NCBI GenBank assembly: GCA_963705295.1
Contig: OY970065.1
Coordinates: 1,344,001 to 1,408,000, forward strand
Direction: 5' to 3'
Length of the DNA: 64,000 nucleotides
Origin: Parachlamydiales bacterium
GTDB lineage: Bacteria; Chlamydiota; Chlamydiia; Chlamydiales; Rhabdochlamydiaceae
Shown here: piece by piece, positions 30,580-39,478 of the stretch
How the letters are laid out: every line of letters begins with the position of its first letter
Position numbering within the stretch: the first letter of the stretch is position 1
Program-made: the position numbers and the translations under genes
The notes under the pieces: model-generated
What the model was told of the DNA's origin: nothing
Database searches by the model: none
Seen by the model: only the letters and a program-made list of their open reading frames with translations

Positions 30580-30866
30580 GAAAGCTCGTGTTGTTGCTTC
30601 TTATGGCAAGTTGCGGCATTAGTCAAATGAATGATAGTATACAAACGTCGAGTTCGACCATCCAAGAAAACACGAGGGAAGTGAGCCGTTCAACTCAGAC
30701 CATGCAAAGCTTTGAAAAGGTTATTACAGAAAATACCGTAGCAGTCACGAAATTAATAGAACACCCTTTCGCGGCGACTTTTGGGTTCGCGCTGATCATC
30801 GCTCTTTTGGTGCTACCTTCAGTCCTTCTGATTGCCCTTTATTTTAAGCCACGGAGACGTCGCTAA
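30576..30866 (+). CDS. small putative lipoprotein with coiled coil and C-terminal TM helix
   Basis: MRKLVLLLLMASC lipobox-like signal; hydrophobic C-terminus followed by KPRRRR; ATGA overlap with ubiE. Confidence 0.65.
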   Translation: MRKLVLLLLMASCGISQMNDSIQTSSSTIQENTREVSRSTQTMQSFEKVITENTVAVTKLIEHPFAATFGFALIIALLVLPSVLLIALYFKPRRRR

Positions 30867-32454
30867 GAGAGATCTGACGCTGACGGGCATTATCCACAAA
30901 CGGCTGGAATCCGGGCTTATAGTTTTCAGCGATTTTGTTTCTTTCGATGGCATAGGCTCCAAACGCCTGAGGTCTTCGACCCATGTCCCATTCAATATCA
31001 TCGGTAAATGACCAGCCGTACACAGCTCGGAGATTTTTCATGCCAATCTCTTTCTGAGCTTCTCGGATGGTATAGAGAGAGCGGCTCAAATACCGGGCTC
31101 GTTGCACATCATTATGCGTTGAAATACCCATCTCAGTGATTCTTAGTTCTTTTTTGCTGGCATTATAGGTATCGAGGATGGCTTTATAAAACCCAGCAGG
31201 ATCTTCCCTAAACGGCATCTGAGTCATCGGCTCACCGTAACTCGTCGGACCGGTCAGTCCAATCACGGGCCGGGTATAATATTGTAGCCCGATAAAATCA
31301 GCCTTTAGAGGCCCTAGATCTTCTTTCATATTGCACAAGAAGGGGACCTTCAATTCAAAAATTCCCGTTCTAAAATATTCGAGGGGAACATCGTTGATCA
31401 GCCTCGTCAGATATCTCGTTATCGGAACTAAGAGAGGGTTCGTCGGAACAAAGTGGAGATATTGATGAGTGATTCCAATTTTCACCTTTGGATTCATCGG
31501 TTTAAGGGCATCATAAACCGCATTATTAGCCTTAAAGGCGGTTTTGAGAAACTGTCCTGCCCGTTTGAAATCAAAGATTTTTCCAGGAGGAAAAGCTCCT
31601 CGAACATAACCCGAGAAGGCATCGATAGCAGGCTCATTGATTGTACAAAACTCATCGACTAAAGGTGACCCTTGAAAATCTTGTGTGAGGGGTGCAAACA
31701 TTTTTTTGCAGTATTCGACAAAATCAGGAATCACCGCTTCATTTTCAAAACTACCCATTTCTTGAACCCATTTTGGGCGTGAAAAATGGTCAAACGTCAC
31801 CATCGGCCGGATCCCTTCACTGCGCAGGTGTTTGCACAGGTTGACAAAAACCTGGATGTTTTCCTCATCCCATACACCTTTGGCAGGATTGACCAAGCTT
31901 TGTTCGACCGAAAATCGGTATGCATTGACACCGATCTTGTGAAGCCGATCGATGATTTGGCTGCGACCTTCGGCTGTTTTATAAAGCTCGAATAACGAGA
32001 CTTCGAGTGCAGTCGACCGATTGTTAGGATCACGGATCACTTTTGTCTGCCAGTCGGCCCAATTCGAATTCGGACAGGGAGAGTCTTGAGCCGTGCATGT
32101 GGCAACGCCTATTCTCAAATCTGGATCTCCTTCGCCTAAAGGATGTTCTTTCAAACTTTTTACAACATCGATCTGAGTCCAAAGATGGCTATCATCCAAT
32201 AGGGCCGGAAAGCCCGGCTCCACCGCTTTTTTATAAAATAAAGAAGCGACAAAACGACAAATCTTTTCTACACCCGTTAAAATTCCCGTTGAGATCCCAA
32301 GGGAGGTGAAAACCATGCCTGCCGTCGTATTGGCTAAAAATTTTACACTGTAAATGATTCTTGAATCACCCTCTTTCCAGGCGGGAGGGACAAAACAATC
32401 TTCGGCTTTTTCCCAAATAAAATCATTGATAGACGAAACCATACCAAACATCAT
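30844..32454 (-). CDS. glycoside hydrolase family 1 with N-terminal extension
   Basis: AYRFSVE, TINEP (acid/base), ITEMG (nucleophile), WSFTDDIEW. Start uncertain (32442-32454). Confidence 0.88.
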   Translation of the reverse strand: MMFGMVSSINDFIWEKAEDCFVPPAWKEGDSRIIYSVKFLANTTAGMVFTSLGISTGILTGVEKICRFVASLFYKKAVEPGFPALLDDSHLWTQIDVVKSLKEHPLGEGDPDLRIGVATCTAQDSPCPNSNWADWQTKVIRDPNNRSTALEVSLFELYKTAEGRSQIIDRLHKIGVNAYRFSVEQSLVNPAKGVWDEENIQVFVNLCKHLRSEGIRPMVTFDHFSRPKWVQEMGSFENEAVIPDFVEYCKKMFAPLTQDFQGSPLVDEFCTINEPAIDAFSGYVRGAFPPGKIFDFKRAGQFLKTAFKANNAVYDALKPMNPKVKIGITHQYLHFVPTNPLLVPITRYLTRLINDVPLEYFRTGIFELKVPFLCNMKEDLGPLKADFIGLQYYTRPVIGLTGPTSYGEPMTQMPFREDPAGFYKAILDTYNASKKELRITEMGISTHNDVQRARYLSRSLYTIREAQKEIGMKNLRAVYGWSFTDDIEWDMGRRPQAFGAYAIERNKIAENYKPGFQPFVDNARQRQISLSDVSVA

Positions 32455-32472
32455 AAAATAGTGACGTTTTTT

Positions 32473-33717
32473 ATGAAAATTAAAAGAATTGGAATTCACG
32501 GAGAGGGGATAGGGGACATTGATGGACTGACGGTCTTTGTTCCCGGCGCCCTGCCTGGAGAAGAAGTCACCGTGGAGATCGAAGAAGCTCGCAAGAATTA
32601 TGCAAGGGCCCGCCTCGTGTCAATCCAAAAAAAATCTCCCGATAGAGTCACACCACCCTGTCCCGTCTTTGGGAAATGTGGCGGATGCCAGCTCATGCAT
32701 CTGAGCTATTCAAAGCAATTGGAAACCAAACGTGCCCGGGTCGTCGATGCTTTAGAGAGAATCGGAAAACTCTTCGACGTCCCTGTCCACCCCTGCATTC
32801 CCTCTGCGCCGCTGGCCTACCGGAATAAAATCCAACTTCCCTATCATTCCGGCAAACTCGGCCTCTATGCCTTCAACTCGCATGATCTTATTGAAATCGA
32901 TACCTGTTATATCCATTGCCCGCTCGGGGAAAGAGCCTTTCAGCAGATCAGACAAATCGTACATTCCGTCAAACATGTTCTCATCAAGACAGCCGTCCAA
33001 ACCAACCAAGTTTTAGTTATTTTGGTGACCCAGGATAAAGAACTCCTCACTCCTCTTGCTCAGCAAATCATGGAATCTCTCCCTGAAATCAAAGGAGTTG
33101 TTCAAAATTTCAACCCTTCTTCCTCCAATGTCATCCTAGGACCCACCTATGTCACCCTGGCAGGCCAGCCTTACATCGAAGAAAAAATCTCCGACCTCAC
33201 CTTCAAGGTTTCACCCGCCTCTTTTTTCCAAGTCAATCCCATCCAAGCCGAACATCTCTACCAAAAAGCCGTGGAATTTGCAGATTTAAGCGGAACCGAA
33301 ACCGTCCTCGATGCCTACTGCGGCGTCGGCACCCTTTCTCTTATTCTCGCCCCCCATGCCCGCCACATCATCGGCGTCGAATCAGTCCCCAAAGCCATCG
33401 AAGATGCCAAGGCCAACGCCCAAACAAACAAAATCTCCAACGTCACCTTCACCTGCGCTCCCATGGAAGACTTCCACCCCCCCACCATCGATACCGCCAT
33501 CCTCAACCCACCCCGCAAAGGTTGCCATCCCGCTGCCCTCAAGCACCTCCTCCACCTCAAGCCCCGCCGCATTGTCTATATCTCATGCGACCCCGCAACC
33601 CTCGCCCGTGACCTCAACCTCCTGCATCCCAGCTACACCATCAACCAAGTCCAACCCCTCGACATGTTCCCCCAAACCACCCACGTCGAATCTGTTGTCC
33701 AGTTAACATTGAAGTAA
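32473..33717 (+). CDS. rlmD: 23S rRNA (uracil-1939-C5) methyltransferase
   Basis: TRAM domain, CPVFGKCGGC Fe-S motif, SFFQVN, YISCDPATLARD, DMFPQTTHVE. Confidence 0.93.
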   Translation: MKIKRIGIHGEGIGDIDGLTVFVPGALPGEEVTVEIEEARKNYARARLVSIQKKSPDRVTPPCPVFGKCGGCQLMHLSYSKQLETKRARVVDALERIGKLFDVPVHPCIPSAPLAYRNKIQLPYHSGKLGLYAFNSHDLIEIDTCYIHCPLGERAFQQIRQIVHSVKHVLIKTAVQTNQVLVILVTQDKELLTPLAQQIMESLPEIKGVVQNFNPSSSNVILGPTYVTLAGQPYIEEKISDLTFKVSPASFFQVNPIQAEHLYQKAVEFADLSGTETVLDAYCGVGTLSLILAPHARHIIGVESVPKAIEDAKANAQTNKISNVTFTCAPMEDFHPPTIDTAILNPPRKGCHPAALKHLLHLKPRRIVYISCDPATLARDLNLLHPSYTINQVQPLDMFPQTTHVESVVQLTLK

Positions 33718-33732
33718 GTTATGCTATCCCTT

Positions 33733-34308
33733 ATGAAACGGATTTTAGTCATAGCAGGACCCAATGGAGCAGGAAAAACGACAACTGCGTCCACTCTTAT
33801 TCCGGATCTTCCTATGTTGTATGAATTTATCAATGCTGATGAAATAGCTAAAGGTCTTGCACCATTACACCCTGAAAGTGTTGCGTTAGCTGCAAGTAAG
33901 CTAATGATTCATCGATTACGCGAATTGCTTAAAGCAAATAAAAGCTTCGCTTTTGAAACTACCGGCGCTGGCACTAATTACTTAAAACATCTCAAAGAAG
34001 CTAAAAATAAAGGATATGAAATCAATCTCTTATTTTTATGGCTCTCAAATGTACAGCAAGCTCTAAATCGGGTTGCTCAGAGGGAGGAGCAGGGAGGTCA
34101 TTATATCGCACCAGAAGTCATTCGAAGGCGGTATTATTCAGGCTTAAAAAATTTAATTATGTTCTACTTGCCCATAGCTGATATTGGTCTTATCGTTGAA
34201 AACTCATTAGAAGAGCAGGGCAAGCTCATTCTCAGTAAACATTTGGGTCGAATGGACATACATGACCCCCAAAGTTGGAAAAAAATTCAGGATATGGCTC
34301 ATGGATAA
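33733..34308 (+). CDS. zeta-toxin-family P-loop kinase/ATPase
   Basis: IAGPNGAGKTT, FINADEIA, SFAFETT, RVAQR..QGGH.I....IRRRY. Confidence 0.85.
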   Translation: MKRILVIAGPNGAGKTTTASTLIPDLPMLYEFINADEIAKGLAPLHPESVALAASKLMIHRLRELLKANKSFAFETTGAGTNYLKHLKEAKNKGYEINLLFLWLSNVQQALNRVAQREEQGGHYIAPEVIRRRYYSGLKNLIMFYLPIADIGLIVENSLEEQGKLILSKHLGRMDIHDPQSWKKIQDMAHG

Positions 34309-34543
34309 AGAAGACGACGATATCGACATGATAAAAATCATGATTGAGGCTCAGAAGAAAAGCTACCGGGTTGCATTCGAAACAGCAGTGCGTACGGGCA
34401 CTTGTCTGATTTACAATCGAAATGGGAAAATTGTAAAGATCAAGCCACCCTACAAATATGTGCTTGTGCCTATCAAAAAGAAGAAGAGAAAAAGAAAATC
34501 ATTACCGAATAATCATCGTCAGGCCAAGGACGATCAGGGCTAG
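34301..34543 (+). CDS. small protein coupled to the zeta-like gene (putative partner/antitoxin)
   Basis: Starts MDKEDDDIDM, overlapping the zeta stop; LIYNRNGKIVKIKP motif typical of small partners of these ATPases. Confidence 0.6.
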   Translation: MDKEDDDIDMIKIMIEAQKKSYRVAFETAVRTGTCLIYNRNGKIVKIKPPYKYVLVPIKKKKRKRKSLPNNHRQAKDDQG

Positions 34544-35293
34544 GGCGAAGTATTTTTTGAGCTTGAGGGAGTGGATGGTGTGGGTCATGCGGGCGCCAAA
34601 AGGAGCTGCAATCATGGTTGTGATGGAGAGGATGACAAAGGCGGGGAGATAGATGTAACCGATGGTATTTTCATAATAGGTTTCTTCGAGGCCGATGAGT
34701 AGAAATGAAACGGCTCCCACAAGAGAGACGATGAAGCCTGTTGCGGCGGCTGATCCAATGGCGATCTTCATGGGAAATTTGTATTTTACAAATAGGGGAA
34801 CCATCATCGTTCCTCCGCCCATACCTAAAATATTCGAGAGGGCTCCTAGTCCAAAAGCAATCCCGCCGAGTCTACCTTGTTTAGGTTTCGTGTCTCGCAA
34901 TGGAGCGGAATGACTTCTATAAAAATAGATTCCAAAACCAATAGCAAAAACAGCGAAAATAATCTGGAGAAAAGAGTTTGGAAGTAAATAGCTTATAAAC
35001 GCTCCACAGATACAGCCTAGGATGAGCCCTGGGAGCATCGCTCGAACAAATTTCCAGTTCACTTCTTTTTGCCTGGCATGGGAATATGTTGCAACAATCG
35101 CATTGAACACCATCGCGGCAAGAGAAGTTCCAATCACAAGCTGCATCAGATAAACATGAGGAAATTTGAGCAAGGTAAAAATCAAAAATAGACAAGGTAC
35201 CGTTATCAGGCCCCCGCTGATACTCAACAAACTCCCTAAAAATCCCGCGATTAACCCTACAATCCCATATGCAATCAGAGAAAGGACAAACAT
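34502..35293 (-). CDS. TauE/SafE (TSUP) family transporter
   Basis: GLIAGFLGSLLSISGGLITVP, GTSLA, GMGGGTMMVP, GYIYLPA, APFGARMTH. Confidence 0.9.
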   Translation of the reverse strand: MFVLSLIAYGIVGLIAGFLGSLLSISGGLITVPCLFLIFTLLKFPHVYLMQLVIGTSLAAMVFNAIVATYSHARQKEVNWKFVRAMLPGLILGCICGAFISYLLPNSFLQIIFAVFAIGFGIYFYRSHSAPLRDTKPKQGRLGGIAFGLGALSNILGMGGGTMMVPLFVKYKFPMKIAIGSAAATGFIVSLVGAVSFLLIGLEETYYENTIGYIYLPAFVILSITTMIAAPFGARMTHTIHSLKLKKYFALALIVLGLTMIIR

Positions 35294-35342
35294 ATTTTTG
35301 TCATACTATACACTTGTATTAAGGTTTATAGAATTTTATCCT

Positions 35343-37415
35343 TTATCCTCTTTTAAACTCCCATGAGAGGCCATTTCGAGGGAAACCTGCGGAGGAGAAA
35401 ATCACCGAGATTTCGGAAAAAAGCTGCTTAACTTGGGGATCTTCGTAATGACCCAAGGGGGTTAGAGTGAGGGACATCAAAGTTTGATTCTCTTTTAGTT
35501 TGGTGGCTAGGTAGGCAAATCCCTCTAGAGTGCAGCCTCTCAAATCTAGAGCCAGGTCGACGATGGTGGGATGATCCGCGAGGGGATCAGCTAGAAGCTG
35601 AAGGTGCATGTTATCTAATGAACCGTTTAAGCAGAGAGTTTCAAACGGGTGCTTTTGTTTCAAAAGATCGGCAATTGCCTGGACTGTACGAGTGCTGAAG
35701 GGTGGCCTAGTAAGGTGAAGATTTCTGAGGTTTCGATTTTTCTCTAGACTTCGGATCAAAATCTCTCCTTGACCATCGTCGATGAAAAACACCTCATTGA
35801 TATCGAGTTTTCTTAAAGACTGATTGAGACGGATCATCTCTGCAAGAGGCAAAACAGATGTTGAATCCATTTTTGTAATCAGAGTGAGATTAGAAACCGT
35901 TTTATTTCTACTGAGCCCCTCGAAGAGGGGAGCTGATTCATCCGTTAAGGCTGCCATTTTTATAGTGAGATTCTGGAGAGTTGTATTGACTGCTAGAGCT
36001 CCGCCAAGAGTAGAGAGATTTCTTGAATCATGCAGAGGCAAAGTCAGAGTCTTCAAATGCCGATTCTGTGCGACCGCTTCAGCAAGACCATTGCCATCTA
36101 AAACGAGTTCAATAAAATCTGAATGAAAATGAGATAAATGAGTATTTCTTCTAATGACTTCCCCTAGGATCTTTGTGGTATCGAGGAGAGGTTGAAAAGA
36201 TATATTTAAATTATATTGATCGACATAAACTTCTCTGAGACTTGTATTCGTACAAAGACTTTCTGCCACGGCTTGCAATCCCTGAGAAGTGACATACCCG
36301 ACACGCATCGATAAAAATTGGAGATATTTGCAATTTGCAAGTGGCTGCGCGATACTGAATAAACTTGCATCCATCTCATTCTTCATCGTGATATACAAGG
36401 TTGTCACACACGTCGATCTGACAATATCTGGAATGACGATACTAACAACCCGGTCGTCCGTTGTTTCTAATGTAAATTTAGTCAGTAATGACGAAGTTCC
36501 TAGCTGCCTTAGAATTAGCGCTAACTCGAAGGCTAAAGCCGGATCATTGCATCTACAATCCAACTCTTTGACGTAGCAATACCGGAGCAGCTTTTCGAGC
36601 ATATAAAGTGTCTCGTGGGAACATTTCATATCGACGACACCATTGAAATAACTAAAAGCATCCTCCGTGATTTTGTGCCTTTTTTTGGCAACCTGCCATT
36701 CCCGACTCAGTCTCAAAAATTCACCCGCCTGCAATTCTTGCAAAGTGGCATTTTTCCGTTTTTTACTAAGACTTGCATCTTGCGGAACTCGTAGAGGAGG
36801 ATGATTCGTTAATAAGAAACCTTGTAGTCTACGATCATCTCTTTGGATTGTATCCGCCCACACTTCAGCAAGTTCTTTGACGTCGTCTTTTGAACCTGGC
36901 TTTCCAAGCAGCGCTCCAATTTGGACTTCAGTTTCCTGCAGCAAAGCTTCAGAGTTCCACATTCTAGCCAGTTCCCTAACCTCCATGATCGTTTCAGGAG
37001 AGAATACCTTTTCACCCGTTTCAAAATACTCGACAACTTCATGGAGGGCAGCCGCACTGATGATGTTCTGGGTAATCGGTATGCTTATAGGACATTGCAA
37101 TCGAAAAAGTAGTTCACTCACCCAGATATTGCTTCCAATACTGATTTTTCGATGCAGTCCGAGTGCCTCTTCCCCAGCAAAAGCTTGAACGGCTCTAAAA
37201 AATACCCGTACAATTTTGAGAAAATCCTTCATATCGGCAAAGATGTGGGGTAAGAGGCAAGAAGTGACTTGGCATATCACACCCTGTTGGCATGCAGTTT
37301 GTGGATTTCTCAAAATCTCATCTACAATGGGTCTTAAGCGTGGGCCATCCGTGATCAATTCCGATAACTGATAGGCTGCTTTCCTTAGGGCGATGGTATT
37401 AATTTGCTGCGACAT
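35343..37415 (-). CDS. ALRVAT-family degenerate BTB-BACK plus RI-like LRR protein
   Basis: TIALRKAAYQL, FETGEKVFSPETIMEVRELA, NTSLREV / NTTLQNL / NQSLRKLDI repeats. Start MSQQ at 37415. Confidence 0.85.
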   Translation of the reverse strand: MSQQINTIALRKAAYQLSELITDGPRLRPIVDEILRNPQTACQQGVICQVTSCLLPHIFADMKDFLKIVRVFFRAVQAFAGEEALGLHRKISIGSNIWVSELLFRLQCPISIPITQNIISAAALHEVVEYFETGEKVFSPETIMEVRELARMWNSEALLQETEVQIGALLGKPGSKDDVKELAEVWADTIQRDDRRLQGFLLTNHPPLRVPQDASLSKKRKNATLQELQAGEFLRLSREWQVAKKRHKITEDAFSYFNGVVDMKCSHETLYMLEKLLRYCYVKELDCRCNDPALAFELALILRQLGTSSLLTKFTLETTDDRVVSIVIPDIVRSTCVTTLYITMKNEMDASLFSIAQPLANCKYLQFLSMRVGYVTSQGLQAVAESLCTNTSLREVYVDQYNLNISFQPLLDTTKILGEVIRRNTHLSHFHSDFIELVLDGNGLAEAVAQNRHLKTLTLPLHDSRNLSTLGGALAVNTTLQNLTIKMAALTDESAPLFEGLSRNKTVSNLTLITKMDSTSVLPLAEMIRLNQSLRKLDINEVFFIDDGQGEILIRSLEKNRNLRNLHLTRPPFSTRTVQAIADLLKQKHPFETLCLNGSLDNMHLQLLADPLADHPTIVDLALDLRGCTLEGFAYLATKLKENQTLMSLTLTPLGHYEDPQVKQLFSEISVIFSSAGFPRNGLSWEFKRG

Positions 37416-37485
37416 AATGGCATTAATTATATACAATTTTACCCTTTAAATATATTAATTATAACCCCATTATAATAAGAAACTT

Positions 37486-39276
37486 ATGACAATTTCACGA
37501 CTTTCTGATGAAGTGAAGATTTATATCCTTTCTTTTATGGAACCTAGAACCATCGCCATCATGGCCCGCATCAACCATGAATTTGCCCGGCTGGCCCGCG
37601 ATAAAACCCTATGGAAAACGGTTTATGATCGGAGATGGCATCTTGCACCTGAGGCGAAATTCTCTCTAACATTAGACTGGAAAACCTACTTTCGGAAAGC
37701 TCAATCTTTCAAGGAGGAAAAAAATTACCGTTTTTTTTGGCGCGAAGGAGTTCCTCTAGAAGCGATCCATTTTTTTACAGCAGGGGAGGAGGCGTTTAGT
37801 TTGGATGTCATGCAAGCTGTACTGGGAGGAAAACCGATTACCGACGAGGCTTTGGTACAGATTCTCCAGCTTTTAAATGTCAAAGATCACCCCTCTGCGT
37901 TCTCTGTCTTTCTTAAGCACCGTCAAACCTTGATTCGTTCAAATCCACATGCCGGGTGGTGGTTATCGAGGATTTTTAGTCGCTCTCTTGGAAAATTGAC
38001 AAAAGACCAGATGATATTTTTACCTGAGAAATTTAACTTGCCCAATTTTCACGATTTTCTCTTGGGAGTTGCACATATCTGGTTGGAACAGGGGAGATGG
38101 CTTGAGCTCCTTGTAACTTTGAATTGTTACGGCCAGTTGGTAACAGAAGAAATGGGAGGGGAACTTCTCTCTTTTCAGAGATTCATAGAGGAATGCCAAA
38201 GAAGTAAACCGTCTTGGCAGCTACTCGAGGCTTTAGGAGATATCTTAGATAGCTTCAACAAAAAAGAAGAAGCGATCGATCTTTATATTCAAGCGCTACA
38301 TCCAGAGGTTTGCATGTTTCCACGAGACGAGGTTAGGCTTGCAACAAAAATCGGCGATCTGCTGATCGCTTTAAAGCAAAAACACTCTGATCAAATCCCA
38401 TCTGAAGATGCCTTGGAGCTCGTTCTGGAGATTTTCGAGAACCATATGTTGCACAAAACCGAGTATGACCTCGAACCTGTCTTAACTTTATTGGGTCTTG
38501 CCCTGACATACAAATTAGAAAACTATTATCAAATTCTTTTAGATATTCCGACCCGTACTCTCTATAATTCTTCCAAGGACGATTTTTTCCCTACTTACTT
38601 TTTCTTCCGATGCCAACTCTGTAAGGTTACAAAAAATCAAACAGCTGGAATTGAGGCATGGGTCGAATTTTGTCACACTTCTCTTTTGTCCTCGAGTGAT
38701 TATCGGATCATCTATCTATTTTTAAAAGACGATCTCCCAGCCTGCCATACGATGCTCCGGTATCAGAGGGAGATTCCCCAAGTCCAACTCGGCGTTGCTT
38801 ATGCCCATTTTAGATTAAATAACATCGATCAAGCTCTTCGGATTATCAGCGCGAATAGGATGTACATCAGAAAAGAAGATCTAGCCTGGCTGTTTTTCTA
38901 TAGCAAAACGAACATCAATGCCGCTGTCATCTATTCACTCTTTTTAAACACCCGGCTCGAACTCATCCAGTTCTACACCTCTTTGCTCGACTATTCACAT
39001 CGTGAGTTTTTTATTTATCATAATCTGGCGACACGCCTTTTCTTCATCCACCATAAACCGATCCGAGAAATCGTTAAGTATGTCAAAATGGCGCAAGATC
39101 ACGATCCAGATATCCCTGAATCGTACATTTTAAAAGCAAAGTGTTATCAAAAACTTGGGAAGCCAGAAAAGAGCCTACAATCCCTCTCAAAAGCCCGAGA
39201 ATTAAAGCCCCGTAAATTTTCATCTAACCCAATTGATTATTCTCAAGACGAACTCCTTCTCTTGTATCGAACCTGA
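37486..39276 (+). CDS. F-box + TPR-like protein
   Basis: ISRLSDEVKIYILSFM...ARDKTLWK F-box; TPR-like ALGDILDSFNKKEEAIDLYIQAL and KAKCYQKLGKPEKSLQSLSKAREL. Confidence 0.85.
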   Translation: MTISRLSDEVKIYILSFMEPRTIAIMARINHEFARLARDKTLWKTVYDRRWHLAPEAKFSLTLDWKTYFRKAQSFKEEKNYRFFWREGVPLEAIHFFTAGEEAFSLDVMQAVLGGKPITDEALVQILQLLNVKDHPSAFSVFLKHRQTLIRSNPHAGWWLSRIFSRSLGKLTKDQMIFLPEKFNLPNFHDFLLGVAHIWLEQGRWLELLVTLNCYGQLVTEEMGGELLSFQRFIEECQRSKPSWQLLEALGDILDSFNKKEEAIDLYIQALHPEVCMFPRDEVRLATKIGDLLIALKQKHSDQIPSEDALELVLEIFENHMLHKTEYDLEPVLTLLGLALTYKLENYYQILLDIPTRTLYNSSKDDFFPTYFFFRCQLCKVTKNQTAGIEAWVEFCHTSLLSSSDYRIIYLFLKDDLPACHTMLRYQREIPQVQLGVAYAHFRLNNIDQALRIISANRMYIRKEDLAWLFFYSKTNINAAVIYSLFLNTRLELIQFYTSLLDYSHREFFIYHNLATRLFFIHHKPIREIVKYVKMAQDHDPDIPESYILKAKCYQKLGKPEKSLQSLSKARELKPRKFSSNPIDYSQDELLLLYRT

Positions 39277-39303
39277 GGGACTGGACGAAAATTTCGAATC
39301 TGT

Positions 39304-39467
39304 TTATTAACGGGGCTGGTAAACAAGTGACAACCTGCTTGCTGCGGCTTCGCCATATCGATTCTCGCTCGGAATCCTTCGTATTCAAGAATGTTATTCC
39401 TCGCGAGAATCAATCTGGCTTTGCCTCGCAGCGCATCTTGTCACTTGTTTACCAGCCCCGTTAATAA
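39304..39467. mobile_element. ~165-bp palindromic element (MITE/RPE-like), copy A
   Basis: Perfect 30-bp terminal inverted repeats ttattaacggggctggtaaacaagtgacaa; core matches 55222-55386 in reverse orientation. Confidence 0.8.
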
Positions 39468-39478
39468 GTTGGGAAATT

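Noticed and set aside
33311..33706. Ser/Pro/Thr-rich 131-aa ORF
   Set aside because: Frame-shifted shadow of the C-rich rlmD 3' end
39304..39467. Palindromic elements as tRNAs, known riboswitches or simple intrinsic terminators
   Set aside because: No cloverleaf or T-loop motif and no U-tract after the stem; too long, and present in several copies
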